Assembly (NCBI RefSeq): GCF_003018115.1
Contig: NZ_CP027457.1
Direction: 5' to 3' (one strand)
Origin: Escherichia coli
GTDB taxonomy: Bacteria > Pseudomonadota > Gammaproteobacteria > Enterobacterales > Enterobacteriaceae
Length of the DNA stretch: 64,000 nt
Positions 34,461 through 45,009 of the stretch are shown here, in pieces. Position numbers and translations under genes: made by a program. Numbering within the stretch: the stretch's first letter is position 1; the number at the start of each line of letters is the position of its first letter. Under the pieces are notes generated by a model. It had not been told where the DNA came from and did not search any database. It saw only the letters and a list, made by a program, of their open reading frames with translations.

Positions 34461-34856
34461 ATGGTAGAAAGAACCGCTGTTTTCCCTGCTGGCCGACATT
34501 CACTGTATGCTGAACATCGTTATTCTGCGGCTATTCGTTCCGGCGATTTGCTGTTTGTTTCCGGGCAAGTAGGAAGTCGAGAGGACGGAACACCAGAACC
34601 CGATTTTCAGCAACAAGTCAGACTGGCCTTTGATAATTTGCATGCGACCCTGGCAGCTGCGGGATGCACTTTTGACGATATCATTGATGTTACGAGCTTT
34701 CATACCGATCCAGAAAAACAATTTGAAGACATCATGACGGTGAAAAATGAAATATTTAGCGCGCCACCTTATCCAACCTGGACGGCGGTGGGCGTTACAT
34801 GGCTGGCAGGCTTTGATTTTGAAATTAAAGTGATAGCGCGCATCCCTGAGCTGTAA
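34461..34856 (+). CDS. yjgH: RidA/YjgF-family protein YjgH
   Basis: 131-aa ORF with RidA-fold features; position upstream of pyrL. Confidence 0.8.
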   Translation: MVERTAVFPAGRHSLYAEHRYSAAIRSGDLLFVSGQVGSREDGTPEPDFQQQVRLAFDNLHATLAAAGCTFDDIIDVTSFHTDPEKQFEDIMTVKNEIFSAPPYPTWTAVGVTWLAGFDFEIKVIARIPEL

Positions 34857-35136
34857 GCAATAGTGTTAGCCGTTCGTTTTCACACTCCGCCCTATAAGTC
34901 GGATGAATGGAATAAAATGCATATCTGATTGCGTGAAAGTGAAAAAGAAAAAAGCAGGAAATGTCTGCAATTATTGATACCGAACGACAGTTCCCCTCCA
35001 GAATCACAGTAAATAAAAATGCATATATTTTGACTTTAAATTCAAATAAACCGTTTGCGCTGACAAAATATTGCATCAATTGCTTGCACCGCTTCTGACG
35101 ATGAGTATAATGCCGGACAATTTGACGGGAGGATGT

Positions 35137-35271
35137 ATGGTTCAGTGTGTTCGACATTTTGTCTTACCGCGTCTGAAAAAAGACGCTGGCCTGCCGTTTT
35201 TCTTCCCGTTGATCACCCATTCCCAGCCCCTCAATCGAGGGGCTTTTTTTTGCCCAGGCGTCAGGAGATAA
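35137..35271 (+). CDS. pyrL: pyrBI operon leader peptide PyrL
   Basis: 44-codon ORF MVQCVRHFVLPRLKKDAGLPFFFPLITHSQPLNRGAFFCPGVRR ending just before pyrB and spanning the attenuator. Confidence 0.85.
   Translation: MVQCVRHFVLPRLKKDAGLPFFFPLITHSQPLNRGAFFCPGVRR
35225..35252 (+). terminator. pyrBI attenuator (intrinsic terminator hairpin plus T8)
   Basis: AGCCCCTCAATCGAGGGGCT hairpin followed by TTTTTTTT, inside the pyrL reading frame. Confidence 0.9.
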
Positions 35272-35274
35272 AAG

Positions 35275-36210
35275 ATGGCTAATCCGCTATATCAGAAACA
35301 TATCATTTCCATAAACGACCTTAGTCGCGATGACCTTAATCTGGTGCTGGCAACAGCGGCAAAACTGAAAGCAAACCCGCAACCAGAGCTGTTGAAGCAC
35401 AAAGTCATTGCCAGCTGCTTCTTCGAAGCCTCTACCCGTACCCGCCTCTCTTTCGAAACTTCCATGCACCGCCTGGGTGCCAGCGTGGTGGGCTTCTCCG
35501 ACAGCGCCAATACATCACTGGGTAAAAAGGGCGAAACGCTGGCCGATACCATTTCGGTTATCAGCACTTACGTCGATGCGATAGTGATGCGTCATCCGCA
35601 GGAAGGTGCGGCGCGCCTGGCCACCGAGTTTTCCGGCAATGTACCGGTACTGAATGCCGGTGATGGCTCCAACCAACATCCGACGCAAACCTTGCTGGAC
35701 TTATTCACTATTCAGGAAACCCAGGGGCGTCTGGACAATCTCCACGTCGCAATGGTTGGTGACCTGAAATATGGCCGCACCGTTCACTCCCTGACTCAGG
35801 CGTTAGCGAAGTTCGACGGCAACCGTTTTTACTTCATCGCGCCGGACGCGCTGGCAATGCCGCAATACATTCTGGATATGCTCGATGAAAAAGGGATCGC
35901 ATGGAGTCTGCACAGCTCTATTGAAGAAGTGATGGCGGAAGTAGACATCCTGTACATGACCCGCGTGCAAAAAGAGCGTCTGGACCCGTCCGAGTACGCC
36001 AACGTGAAAGCGCAGTTTGTTCTTCGCGCCAGCGATCTCCACAACGCCAAAGCCAATATGAAAGTACTGCATCCGCTGCCGCGTGTTGATGAAATTGCGA
36101 CGGATGTTGATAAAACGCCACACGCCTGGTACTTCCAGCAGGCAGGCAACGGGATTTTCGCTCGCCAGGCGTTACTGGCACTGGTTCTGAATCGCGATCT
36201 GGTACTGTAA
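35275..36210 (+). CDS. pyrB: Aspartate carbamoyltransferase catalytic subunit PyrB
   Basis: 311-aa ORF starting [21 protein letters not shown] with STRTR and HPLP motifs. Confidence 0.96.
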
Positions 36211-36222
36211 GGGGAAATAGAG

Positions 36223-36684
36223 ATGACACACGATAATAAATTGCAGGTTGAAGCTATTAAACGCGGCACGGTAATTGACCATATCCCCGCCCAGATCGGT
36301 TTTAAGCTGTTGAGTCTGTTCAAGCTGACCGAAACGGATCAGCGCATCACCATCGGTCTGAACTTGCCTTCTGGCGAGATGGGCCGCAAAGATCTGATCA
36401 AAATCGAAAATACCTTTTTGAGTGAAGACCAGGTAGATCAACTGGCATTGTATGCGCCGCAAGCCACGGTTAACCGTATCGACAACTATGAAGTGGTGGG
36501 TAAATCGCGCCCAAGTCTGCCGGAGCGCATCGACAATGTGCTGGTCTGCCCGAACAGCAACTGTATCAGCCATGCCGAACCGGTTTCTTCCAGCTTTGCC
36601 GTGCGAAAACGCGCCAATGACATCGCGCTCAAATGCAAATACTGTGAAAAAGAGTTTTCTCATAATGTGGTGCTGGCCAATTAA
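36223..36684 (+). CDS. pyrI: Aspartate carbamoyltransferase regulatory subunit PyrI
   Basis: 153-aa ORF with C-terminal zinc-binding cysteines (CPNSNC...CKYC). Confidence 0.95.
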
Positions 36685-36756
36685 TTGCGGTTGGTAATAA
36701 AAGTCTGGCTCCCTATAATGAGCCAGACTTTTTACCGCTGTAATAAAGGAGAAATC

Positions 36757-37143
36757 ATGAGCAAAACTATCGCGACGGAAAATGCACCGGCAGCTATCGG
36801 CCCTTACGTACAGGGCGTTGATCTGGGCAATATGATCATCACCTCCGGTCAGATCCCGGTAAATCCGAAAACGGGCGAAGTACCGGCAGACGTCGCTGCA
36901 CAGGCACGTCAGTCGCTGGATAACGTAAAAGCGATCGTCGAAGCCGCTGGTCTGAAAGTGGGCGACATCGTTAAAACTACCGTGTTTGTAAAAGATCTGA
37001 ACGACTTCGCAACCGTTAATGCTACCTACGAAGCCTTCTTCACCGAACACAACGCCACCTTCCCGGCACGTTCTTGCGTTGAAGTTGCCCGTCTGCCGAA
37101 AGACGTGAAGATTGAGATCGAAGCGATCGCTGTTCGTCGCTAA
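36757..37143 (+). CDS. ridA: Enamine/imine deaminase RidA (YjgF)
   Basis: Start MSKTIATENAPAAIGPYVQG at 36757 with RBS AGGAG; 128 aa. Confidence 0.92.
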   Translation: MSKTIATENAPAAIGPYVQGVDLGNMIITSGQIPVNPKTGEVPADVAAQARQSLDNVKAIVEAAGLKVGDIVKTTVFVKDLNDFATVNATYEAFFTEHNATFPARSCVEVARLPKDVKIEIEAIAVRR

Positions 37144-37199
37144 TCTTGATGGAAATCCGGGCTATCATGCCCGGATTAAGTCTGATGACAAACGCAAAA

Positions 37200-37292
37200 T
37201 CGCCTGATGCGCTACGCTTATCAGGCCTACGTGATTCCTGCAATTTATTGAATTTGTAGACCGGATTAGGCTTTTACGCCGCATCCGGCATG
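37200..37292. repeat. REP elements (pair) between ridA and mgtA
   Basis: GCCTGATGCGCTACGCTTATCAGGCCTAC and GCCGCATCCGGCATG units. Confidence 0.75.
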
Positions 37293-37348
37293 AACAAAAC
37301 TCACTTTGTCTGCAATCTGAATCCGGGCCACCATGCCCAGTTTATTCT

Positions 37349-40045
37349 TTACTGCCAGCCGTAACGACGGCTATAGAACCCTTTCACCAACTGGGTTAAT
37401 GTCATATACCCTGCCAGAATCGCAACCAGCCACGGGAAATAGCTTAACGGCAACGCCTGTAATTGCAGATAACTGGCCAGCGGTGAAAACGGCAATGCGA
37501 TCCCGACAATCATCACGATCACGGTCATGATCATTAACGGCCACGATGCACAGCTCTGAATAAACGGCACACGGCGGGTGCGGATCATATGCACAATCAG
37601 CGTTTGCGACAGTAAGCCCACCACAAACCATCCCGACTGGAACAGCGTTTGCGTTTCCGGCGTGTTGGCATGGAATACCCACCACATCAGGCAAAACGTC
37701 AAAATATCGAAGATCGAGCTGATCGGTCCGAAGAAGATCATAAAGCGCCCCAGATCCGCCGGATTCCAACGCTGCGGCTTTTGAATTTGCTCGTCGTCGA
37801 CGTTATCAAACGGGATCGCCACCTGTGACACATCGTACAGCAGGTTCTGAATAAGCAAGTGTAACGGCAACATCGGTAGGAAGGGCAAGAAAGCACTCGC
37901 TACCAGCACGCTGAACACATTACCGAAGTTAGAGCTCGCCGTCATTTTGATGTATTTCAGCATGTTGGCGAAAGTGCGACGTCCCTCAATAACCCCCTCT
38001 TCCAGCACCATCAGGCTTTTTTCCAGCAGGATGATATCAGCCGCTTCACGGGCAATATCTACCGCGCCGTCCACAGAAATGCCGATATCCGCAGCGCGTA
38101 AGGCGGGCGCATCATTAATACCATCGCCCATAAAGCCAACCACATGCCCTTCGCGCTTCAGTAAGGTCACAATGCGTTCTTTATGCATCGGCGTCAGGCG
38201 GGCAAACAGCGTGGTGCGCTGTGCAAGATTTGCCAGTTCGTCGTCAGATAGCGTTTCAATATCACTACCAATGACCACCTCTCCCGCGTCCAGCCCCACT
38301 TCATGGCACACTTTCGCTGCAACTAACTCACTGTCGCCAGTAAGGATTTTTACGGTAATTCCACTCGCTTTTAATGCCTTCAGTGCCGGAGCGGTTGTCT
38401 CTTTTGGCGGATCAAGGAAAGCAATATATCCTTCGAGGATCAGGTCGGATTCATCCGCCCGCTGGTAATCTCCTTCACGCGCTGGCAGGTATTTCGTCGC
38501 CACCGCAACCACGCGCAGCCCCTGACGATTCAGCGTATCAGTAACCCGCTTAATCTTACGCAGCATGATGTCATCGAGCGGCACAATCTCGCCATTGTGA
38601 CGCACCTGCGAACACACATTGAGGATTTCCTGCAATGCACCTTTGCAAACCAGCTGATGGTGCTCGGTATTTTCTGCCACTACCACCGACATCCGGCGAC
38701 GCTCGAAATCAAACGGAATCTCATCGATTTTTTGCCAACGACTGGCCAGCGAGCGCGCTGACTCTTCATCCGTACCTTCGAGCACCGCTGTATCGAGCAG
38801 GTTTTTAAGTCCGGTCTGATAATGACTGTTCAACCACGCGCTATGCAGCACGCGTTCGCTGGTTTTACCGGAGATATCGGTATGATTCTCCAGCACAATT
38901 TTATCCTGTGTCAGGGTGCCGGTTTTATCAGTGCACAGAATATCCATTGCGCCAAAGTTCTGAATGGCATCCAGATGTTTGACGATCACTTTCTGTTTCG
39001 ACAGCTTTACTGCGCCGCGCGCCAGCGTCGAGGTAACAATCATCGGCAACATTTCCGGCGTTAGGCCTACCGCGACCGAAAGCGCAAACAGCGCCGCTTC
39101 CCACCAGTCGCCTTTGGTGTAGCCATTGATTAACAGCACCACCGGTGCCATCACCAGCATAAAGCGAATCAGCAGCATACTGACGCGGCTGATCCCTTGC
39201 TGAAAGGCATTCGGCTCGCTTTCCTGCTCACTAACACGCCCCGCCAGTTGACCAAACCAGGTATTGGCACCTGTAGCAATCACCATTGCTTGTGCCGTGC
39301 CGCTCACCACGGTGGTGCCCATAAAACACAGCGTGTCGCACTCCAGCGGATTGCTGTGCTCCGGCTGGCGAGTGGTAGCGGCTTTTTCCACGGGCAGAGA
39401 CTCACCGGTTAACGACGCCTGAGCGACGAACAGATCCCGCGCCTGCAAGATACGTAAATCTGCCGGGATCATATCTCCCGCCGCCAGTTTTATAATATCG
39501 CCGGGCACCAGCTGGTCGATCGGGATCTCCAGCCAGCCATTTTCGCCTTTGTCGTTAATTACGCGCAGCACCGTCGCGGTATTGCTGACCATCGCTTTCA
39601 GGGCATCTGCCGCTTTAGTGGAACGTGCTTCCTGAATAAAGTTCAGCAACGTAGAAATAGCGACCATTAGCGCGATAACGCCCGCAGCAAATAAATCTTC
39701 CGTGGCGTAAGAAATAGCGCCGAGAATGGTGAGTAAAATATTAAAGGGGTTGCGATAGCAGACCCATAAATGTACCCACCACGGCGACGGTTGTTGTGCG
39801 GGTAATTTATTTTCACCATGTTGTTCGCGGGCAGATTCCACTTCCGCCTGATTTAACCCTTCCGGATGGGTGTCGAACGTTTTCCACAATTCTTCTTCGG
39901 GCATCACCGCCATTTTCAGGCAATGCGCACTTAAGGACGGCGGGACCACCGTATTCACTGTCTGCTGCGCGCCAGGCAATGGATCACGATGAACCAGACG
40001 GGAAGGTAAATGGCGAATGAGCCGGGTAAAAATTTCTTTAAACAT
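37349..40045 (-). CDS. mgtA: Magnesium-transporting P-type ATPase MgtA
   Basis: 898-aa ORF with the DKTGTLT phosphorylation motif and GDGINDAPAL. Confidence 0.95.
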   Translation of the reverse strand: MFKEIFTRLIRHLPSRLVHRDPLPGAQQTVNTVVPPSLSAHCLKMAVMPEEELWKTFDTHPEGLNQAEVESAREQHGENKLPAQQPSPWWVHLWVCYRNPFNILLTILGAISYATEDLFAAGVIALMVAISTLLNFIQEARSTKAADALKAMVSNTATVLRVINDKGENGWLEIPIDQLVPGDIIKLAAGDMIPADLRILQARDLFVAQASLTGESLPVEKAATTRQPEHSNPLECDTLCFMGTTVVSGTAQAMVIATGANTWFGQLAGRVSEQESEPNAFQQGISRVSMLLIRFMLVMAPVVLLINGYTKGDWWEAALFALSVAVGLTPEMLPMIVTSTLARGAVKLSKQKVIVKHLDAIQNFGAMDILCTDKTGTLTQDKIVLENHTDISGKTSERVLHSAWLNSHYQTGLKNLLDTAVLEGTDEESARSLASRWQKIDEIPFDFERRRMSVVVAENTEHHQLVCKGALQEILNVCSQVRHNGEIVPLDDIMLRKIKRVTDTLNRQGLRVVAVATKYLPAREGDYQRADESDLILEGYIAFLDPPKETTAPALKALKASGITVKILTGDSELVAAKVCHEVGLDAGEVVIGSDIETLSDDELANLAQRTTLFARLTPMHKERIVTLLKREGHVVGFMGDGINDAPALRAADIGISVDGAVDIAREAADIILLEKSLMVLEEGVIEGRRTFANMLKYIKMTASSNFGNVFSVLVASAFLPFLPMLPLHLLIQNLLYDVSQVAIPFDNVDDEQIQKPQRWNPADLGRFMIFFGPISSIFDILTFCLMWWVFHANTPETQTLFQSGWFVVGLLSQTLIVHMIRTRRVPFIQSCASWPLMIMTVIVMIVGIALPFSPLASYLQLQALPLSYFPWLVAILAGYMTLTQLVKGFYSRRYGWQ

Positions 40046-40185
40046 AAGGAGTCCCTCCGCACTGTCTGAAACAGTACAGAAATGTCTTCAGGCGTGGCGA
40101 AGCCTTACCTGAAGGTAATAAAGCTGAGCAGGGACGTTAAAACGTCACGGCCTTACGCATCCGGTAACGCCGTGAAAAGACGGGC

Positions 40186-40239
40186 TTACCGGAAAAGTTT
40201 TAATCTCCGTCGAGGGAGAGGCGTGGGATCAGGTTCCAT
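40186..40239 (-). CDS. mgtL: mgtA leader peptide MgtL
   Basis: 17-codon proline-rich [20 protein letters not shown] upstream of mgtA in the leader region. Confidence 0.8.
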
Positions 40240-40423
40240 ATAACCTCCGGTAAGTGAAAAAAGCGCCGCAAATAATAAGGAGAATCCAATAATATTCGTA
40301 GCATCTATGGCGATATAATACCTGCTGGCAACTAAACCAACGATAAACCAGACTTTACCCATTGCTGAATGCACGGGTAAAGTTAGGCTCAAATAATTAA
40401 ACAACACGTTACGGGACAACAGG

Positions 40424-41371
40424 ATGCAAAATCGGCTGACCATCAAAGACATCGCGCGCTTAAGCGGCGTGGGGAAATCTACGGTTTCCCGGGTGCTGAA
40501 TAACGAAAGCGGCGTGAGCCAGCGTACGCGCGAGCGTGTTGAAGCAGTGATGAATCAGCATGGATTTTCCCCTTCCCGTTCTGCACGCGCTATGCGTGGG
40601 CAAAGCGATAAAGTGGTCGCCATCATTGTCACCCGTCTGGATTCGTTGTCAGAAAATCTCGCCGTTCAAACCATGCTGCCAGCGTTCTATGAACAAGGTT
40701 ACGATCCAATCATGATGGAAAGTCAGTTTTCCCCGCAATTAGTTGCCGAACATTTGGGGGTGCTGAAACGGCGTAATATCGACGGCGTAGTGCTGTTCGG
40801 TTTTACCGGCATAACAGAAGAAATGTTAGCCCACTGGCAGTCATCGCTGGTTCTGCTGGCGCGTGACGCAAAAGGCTTTGCTTCGGTCTGTTATGACGAC
40901 GAAGGGGCAATCAAGATCCTGATGCAACGGCTGTATGACCAGGGGCATCGTAATATCAGTTATCTCGGCGTGCCGCACAGTGACGTGACGACCGGTAAGC
41001 GACGTCACGAAGCCTACCTGGCGTTCTGCAAAGCGCATAAACTGCATCCCGTTGCCGCTCTGCCAGGGCTTGCTATGAAGCAAGGCTATGAGAACGTGGC
41101 AAAAGTGATTACGCCTGAAACTACTGCGTTACTGTGCGCAACCGACACGCTGGCACTTGGCGCAAGTAAATACCTGCAAGAGCAACGCATCGACACCTTG
41201 CAACTGGCGAGCGTCGGTAATACACCGTTAATGAAATTCCTCCATCCGGAGATCGTCACCGTAGATCCCGGTTACGCCGAAGCTGGACGCCAGGCGGCCT
41301 GCCAGTTGATCGCACAGGTAACCGGGCGCAGCGAACCGCAACAAATCATCATCCCCGCCACCCTGTCCTGA
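40424..41371 (+). CDS. treR: Trehalose operon repressor TreR (LacI family)
   Basis: 315-aa ORF with N-terminal HTH (TIKDIARLSGVGKSTVSRVLN). Confidence 0.93.
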   Translation: MQNRLTIKDIARLSGVGKSTVSRVLNNESGVSQRTRERVEAVMNQHGFSPSRSARAMRGQSDKVVAIIVTRLDSLSENLAVQTMLPAFYEQGYDPIMMESQFSPQLVAEHLGVLKRRNIDGVVLFGFTGITEEMLAHWQSSLVLLARDAKGFASVCYDDEGAIKILMQRLYDQGHRNISYLGVPHSDVTTGKRRHEAYLAFCKAHKLHPVAALPGLAMKQGYENVAKVITPETTALLCATDTLALGASKYLQEQRIDTLQLASVGNTPLMKFLHPEIVTVDPGYAEAGRQAACQLIAQVTGRSEPQQIIIPATLS

Positions 41372-41489
41372 TCGTTTCCTGAACGATAAATTGTGATCTT
41401 CGCTGCGTTTCGGGAACGTTCCCGTTTTTAAATTTTTCCGCGCAATATATTCTGCAGCCAACCAAAAATGTCATCTGCCATGGGGCTTT

Positions 41490-42911
41490 ATGATGAGCAA
41501 AATAAACCAAACGGATATCGATCGGTTGATTGAACTGGTCGGCGGGCGCGGCAATATTGCGACGGTGAGCCACTGTATTACTCGCCTGCGCTTTGTCCTC
41601 AACCAACCGGCCAATGCCAGACCGAAAGAAATTGAGCAACTCCCCATGGTGAAAGGCTGTTTCACCAATGCCGGGCAATTTCAGGTGGTGATTGGCACCA
41701 ACGTGGGTGATTACTATCAAGCACTGATAGCGTCAACCGGACAGGCGCAGGTTGATAAAGAGCAGGTAAAAAAAGCCGCCCGGCAGAATATGAAATGGCA
41801 TGAGCAGTTGATCTCTCATTTCGCGGAGATCTTCTTCCCGTTGCTGCCCGCGTTGATCAGCGGCGGTTTGATCCTCGGTTTTCGCAATGTGATCGGCGAT
41901 TTGCCCATGAGCAACGGTCAAACGCTGGCGCAAATGTATCCTTCCCTGCAAACGATCTACGATTTTCTGTGGTTGATCGGTGAAGCGATCTTCTTCTACC
42001 TGCCGGTCGGGATTTGCTGGTCAGCGGTGAAAAAAATGGGCGGCACGCCGATCCTTGGTATCGTACTTGGCGTAACGCTGGTTTCTCCACAGCTGATGAA
42101 CGCTTATCTGCTCGGACAGCAGCTGCCGGAAGTGTGGGACTTTGGCATGTTCAGCATCGCCAAAGTGGGCTATCAGGCGCAGGTGATCCCGGCACTATTA
42201 GCCGGGCTGGCGCTGGGCGTTATTGAAACTCGCCTTAAACGCATCGTGCCAGATTACCTCTATCTGGTGGTGGTGCCAGTCTGTTCGCTGATCCTCGCGG
42301 TGTTCCTCGCCCATGCGCTGATTGGTCCGTTTGGTCGCATGATTGGCGATGGCGTTGCCTTTGCGGTACGTCACCTGATGACCGGCAGCTTTGCTCCGAT
42401 TGGCGCGGCATTGTTTGGCTTCCTGTACGCCCCGCTGGTGATCACCGGGGTACACCAGACCACGCTTGCTATTGATTTGCAGATGATTCAAAGCATGGGT
42501 GGTACGCCAGTGTGGCCGCTGATTGCGCTGTCGAATATCGCTCAGGGCTCCGCCGTGATAGGCATTATCATTTCCAGCCGCAAGCACAATGAACGCGAGA
42601 TCTCCGTGCCTGCGGCGATCTCCGCCTGGCTTGGGGTCACTGAGCCTGCAATGTACGGCATCAACCTGAAATATCGCTTCCCGATGCTGTGCGCGATGAT
42701 TGGTTCTGGTCTGGCAGGATTGCTATGCGGCCTGAACGGCGTTATGGCGAATGGCATCGGCGTAGGCGGCCTGCCGGGAATTCTCTCGATTCAACCGAGC
42801 TACTGGCAGGTGTTTGCGCTGGCAATGGCTATCGCCATCATCATCCCGATTGTACTCACCTCGTTTATCTACCAGCGGAAATACCGCCTGGGCACGCTGG
42901 ACATTGTTTAA
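41490..42911 (+). CDS. treB: PTS trehalose-specific EIIBC component TreB
   Basis: 473-aa ORF with an EIIB cysteine motif (VSHCITRLRF) and a multi-pass EIIC domain. Confidence 0.93.
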   Translation: MMSKINQTDIDRLIELVGGRGNIATVSHCITRLRFVLNQPANARPKEIEQLPMVKGCFTNAGQFQVVIGTNVGDYYQALIASTGQAQVDKEQVKKAARQNMKWHEQLISHFAEIFFPLLPALISGGLILGFRNVIGDLPMSNGQTLAQMYPSLQTIYDFLWLIGEAIFFYLPVGICWSAVKKMGGTPILGIVLGVTLVSPQLMNAYLLGQQLPEVWDFGMFSIAKVGYQAQVIPALLAGLALGVIETRLKRIVPDYLYLVVVPVCSLILAVFLAHALIGPFGRMIGDGVAFAVRHLMTGSFAPIGAALFGFLYAPLVITGVHQTTLAIDLQMIQSMGGTPVWPLIALSNIAQGSAVIGIIISSRKHNEREISVPAAISAWLGVTEPAMYGINLKYRFPMLCAMIGSGLAGLLCGLNGVMANGIGVGGLPGILSIQPSYWQVFALAMAIAIIIPIVLTSFIYQRKYRLGTLDIV

Positions 42912-42960
42912 TTTTCTTCGGGGCGCAATTGCGCCCCCTCGCATTTGCAGGAATAACGTA

Positions 42961-44616
42961 ATGACTAATCTTCCCCACTGGTGGCAAAACGGCGCTATCT
43001 ACCAGATTTATCCAAAGAGTTTTCAGGACACCACGGGTAGCGGTACCGGCGATTTACGTGGCGTTATACAACGCCTGGACTATCTGCATAAACTGGGCGT
43101 TGATGCCATCTGGCTAACCCCCTTTTATGTCTCTCCCCAGGTCGATAACGGTTACGACGTAGCGAACTATACGGCGATTGATCCCACCTACGGCACGCTG
43201 GACGATTTTGACGAACTGGTGACGCAGGCAAAATCGCGCGGGATTCGTATCATTCTCGATATGGTGTTTAACCATACCTCTACCCAACATGCCTGGTTTC
43301 GCGAGGCGCTGAACAAAGAAAGCCCTTACCGCCAGTTTTATATCTGGCGCGATGGCGAACCAGAAACGCCACCGAACAACTGGCGTTCAAAATTTGGCGG
43401 TAGTGCGTGGCGCTGGCATGCGGAAAGCGAACAGTACTATTTGCATCTCTTTGCACCAGAACAGGCGGATCTCAACTGGGAGAATCCAGCGGTACGCGCA
43501 GAGCTGAAAAAAGTCTGTGAGTTCTGGGCCGATCGTGGGGTCGACGGGTTGCGCCTGGATGTGGTGAATCTGATCTCCAAAGACCCGCGTTTCCCTGAAG
43601 ACCTGGACGGCGACGGGCGTCGCTTCTACACCGACGGGCCACGAGCACACGAGTTTTTGCACGAGATGAACCGCGATGTGTTTACGCCACGCGGGTTAAT
43701 GACCGTAGGTGAAATGTCCTCCACCAGCCTTGAGCATTGCCAGCGATACGCGGCACTGACAGGCAGTGAATTGTCGATGACCTTTAATTTTCATCACCTG
43801 AAGGTCGATTATCCCGGTGGTGAAAAATGGACGCTGGCTAAACCTGACTTTGTGGCGTTGAAAACATTGTTCCGCCACTGGCAACAAGGAATGCACAACG
43901 TGGCATGGAATGCCTTGTTCTGGTGTAACCACGATCAGCCGCGCATTGTTTCTCGCTTTGGTGATGAAGGTGAATACCGCGTGCCTGCGGCAAAAATGCT
44001 GGCGATGGTGCTGCATGGCATGCAGGGAACGCCGTATATCTACCAGGGCGAAGAGATTGGCATGACCAACCCGCATTTCACGCGCATTACTGACTATCGC
44101 GACGTAGAGAGCCTCAATATGTTTGCCGAGCTGCGCAACGATGGTCGTGATGCCGACGAGTTATTGGCAATCCTCGCCAGTAAATCCCGTGACAACAGTC
44201 GCACGCCCATGCAATGGAGCAACGGCGATAATGCCGGGTTTACGGCTGGCGAACCGTGGATTAGCCTGGGCGATAACTATCAGGAAATCAACGTAGAAGC
44301 CGCGCTGACCGATGAGTCCTCGGTGTTTTACACCTACCAAAAGTTAATCGCACTGCGTAAGCAAGAAGCCGTTCTGACATGGGGCAATTACCAGGATCTG
44401 CTGCCAAACAGCCCTGTATTGTGGTGCTATCGCCGTGAATGGAAGGGGCAAACCTTGCTGGTCATTGCCAACCTTAGCCGTGAGATCCAACCCTGGCAGC
44501 CAGAGCAAATGCGCGGCAACTGGCAGCTTGTGATGCATAACTACGAAGAAGCCTCACCACAACCCTGTGCCATGACTTTACGGCCTTTTGAGGCTGTCTG
44601 GTGGTTACATAAGTAA
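42961..44616 (+). CDS. treC: Trehalose-6-phosphate hydrolase TreC (GH13)
   Basis: Start MTNLPHWWQNGAIYQIYPKSF at 42961 within track ORF 42814..44616; 551 aa; alpha-amylase family motifs. Confidence 0.93.
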   Translation: MTNLPHWWQNGAIYQIYPKSFQDTTGSGTGDLRGVIQRLDYLHKLGVDAIWLTPFYVSPQVDNGYDVANYTAIDPTYGTLDDFDELVTQAKSRGIRIILDMVFNHTSTQHAWFREALNKESPYRQFYIWRDGEPETPPNNWRSKFGGSAWRWHAESEQYYLHLFAPEQADLNWENPAVRAELKKVCEFWADRGVDGLRLDVVNLISKDPRFPEDLDGDGRRFYTDGPRAHEFLHEMNRDVFTPRGLMTVGEMSSTSLEHCQRYAALTGSELSMTFNFHHLKVDYPGGEKWTLAKPDFVALKTLFRHWQQGMHNVAWNALFWCNHDQPRIVSRFGDEGEYRVPAAKMLAMVLHGMQGTPYIYQGEEIGMTNPHFTRITDYRDVESLNMFAELRNDGRDADELLAILASKSRDNSRTPMQWSNGDNAGFTAGEPWISLGDNYQEINVEAALTDESSVFYTYQKLIALRKQEAVLTWGNYQDLLPNSPVLWCYRREWKGQTLLVIANLSREIQPWQPEQMRGNWQLVMHNYEEASPQPCAMTLRPFEAVWWLHK

Positions 44617-45009
44617 ATCTTCCCTAAGCCCCGGTAATGCCGGTCATTCCGGGGTTTTGCCTGTCAGCATGTTGTTTTTGTTGATTTTTCAACCAGCAAA
44701 TTCATTAAAAAATTTACATAACGCTGTAGCGCCCGTCATCCGTACGCTCTGCTTTTTACTTTGAGCTACATCAAAAAAAGTTCAAACATCCTTGATGCAA
44801 AGCACTATATATAGACTTTAAAATGCGTCCCAACCCAATATGTTGTATTAATCGACTATAATTGCTACTACAGCTCCCCACGAAAAAGGTGCGGCGTTGT
44901 GGATAAGCGGATGGCGATTGCGGAAAGCTCCGGAAAACGAAACGAAAAAACCGGAAAACGCCTTTCCCAATTTCTGTGGATAACCTGTTCTTAAAAATAT
45001 GGAGCGATC

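Noticed and set aside
36172-37050. 292-aa minus-strand ORF
   Set aside because: Antisense to pyrI and ridA; spurious.
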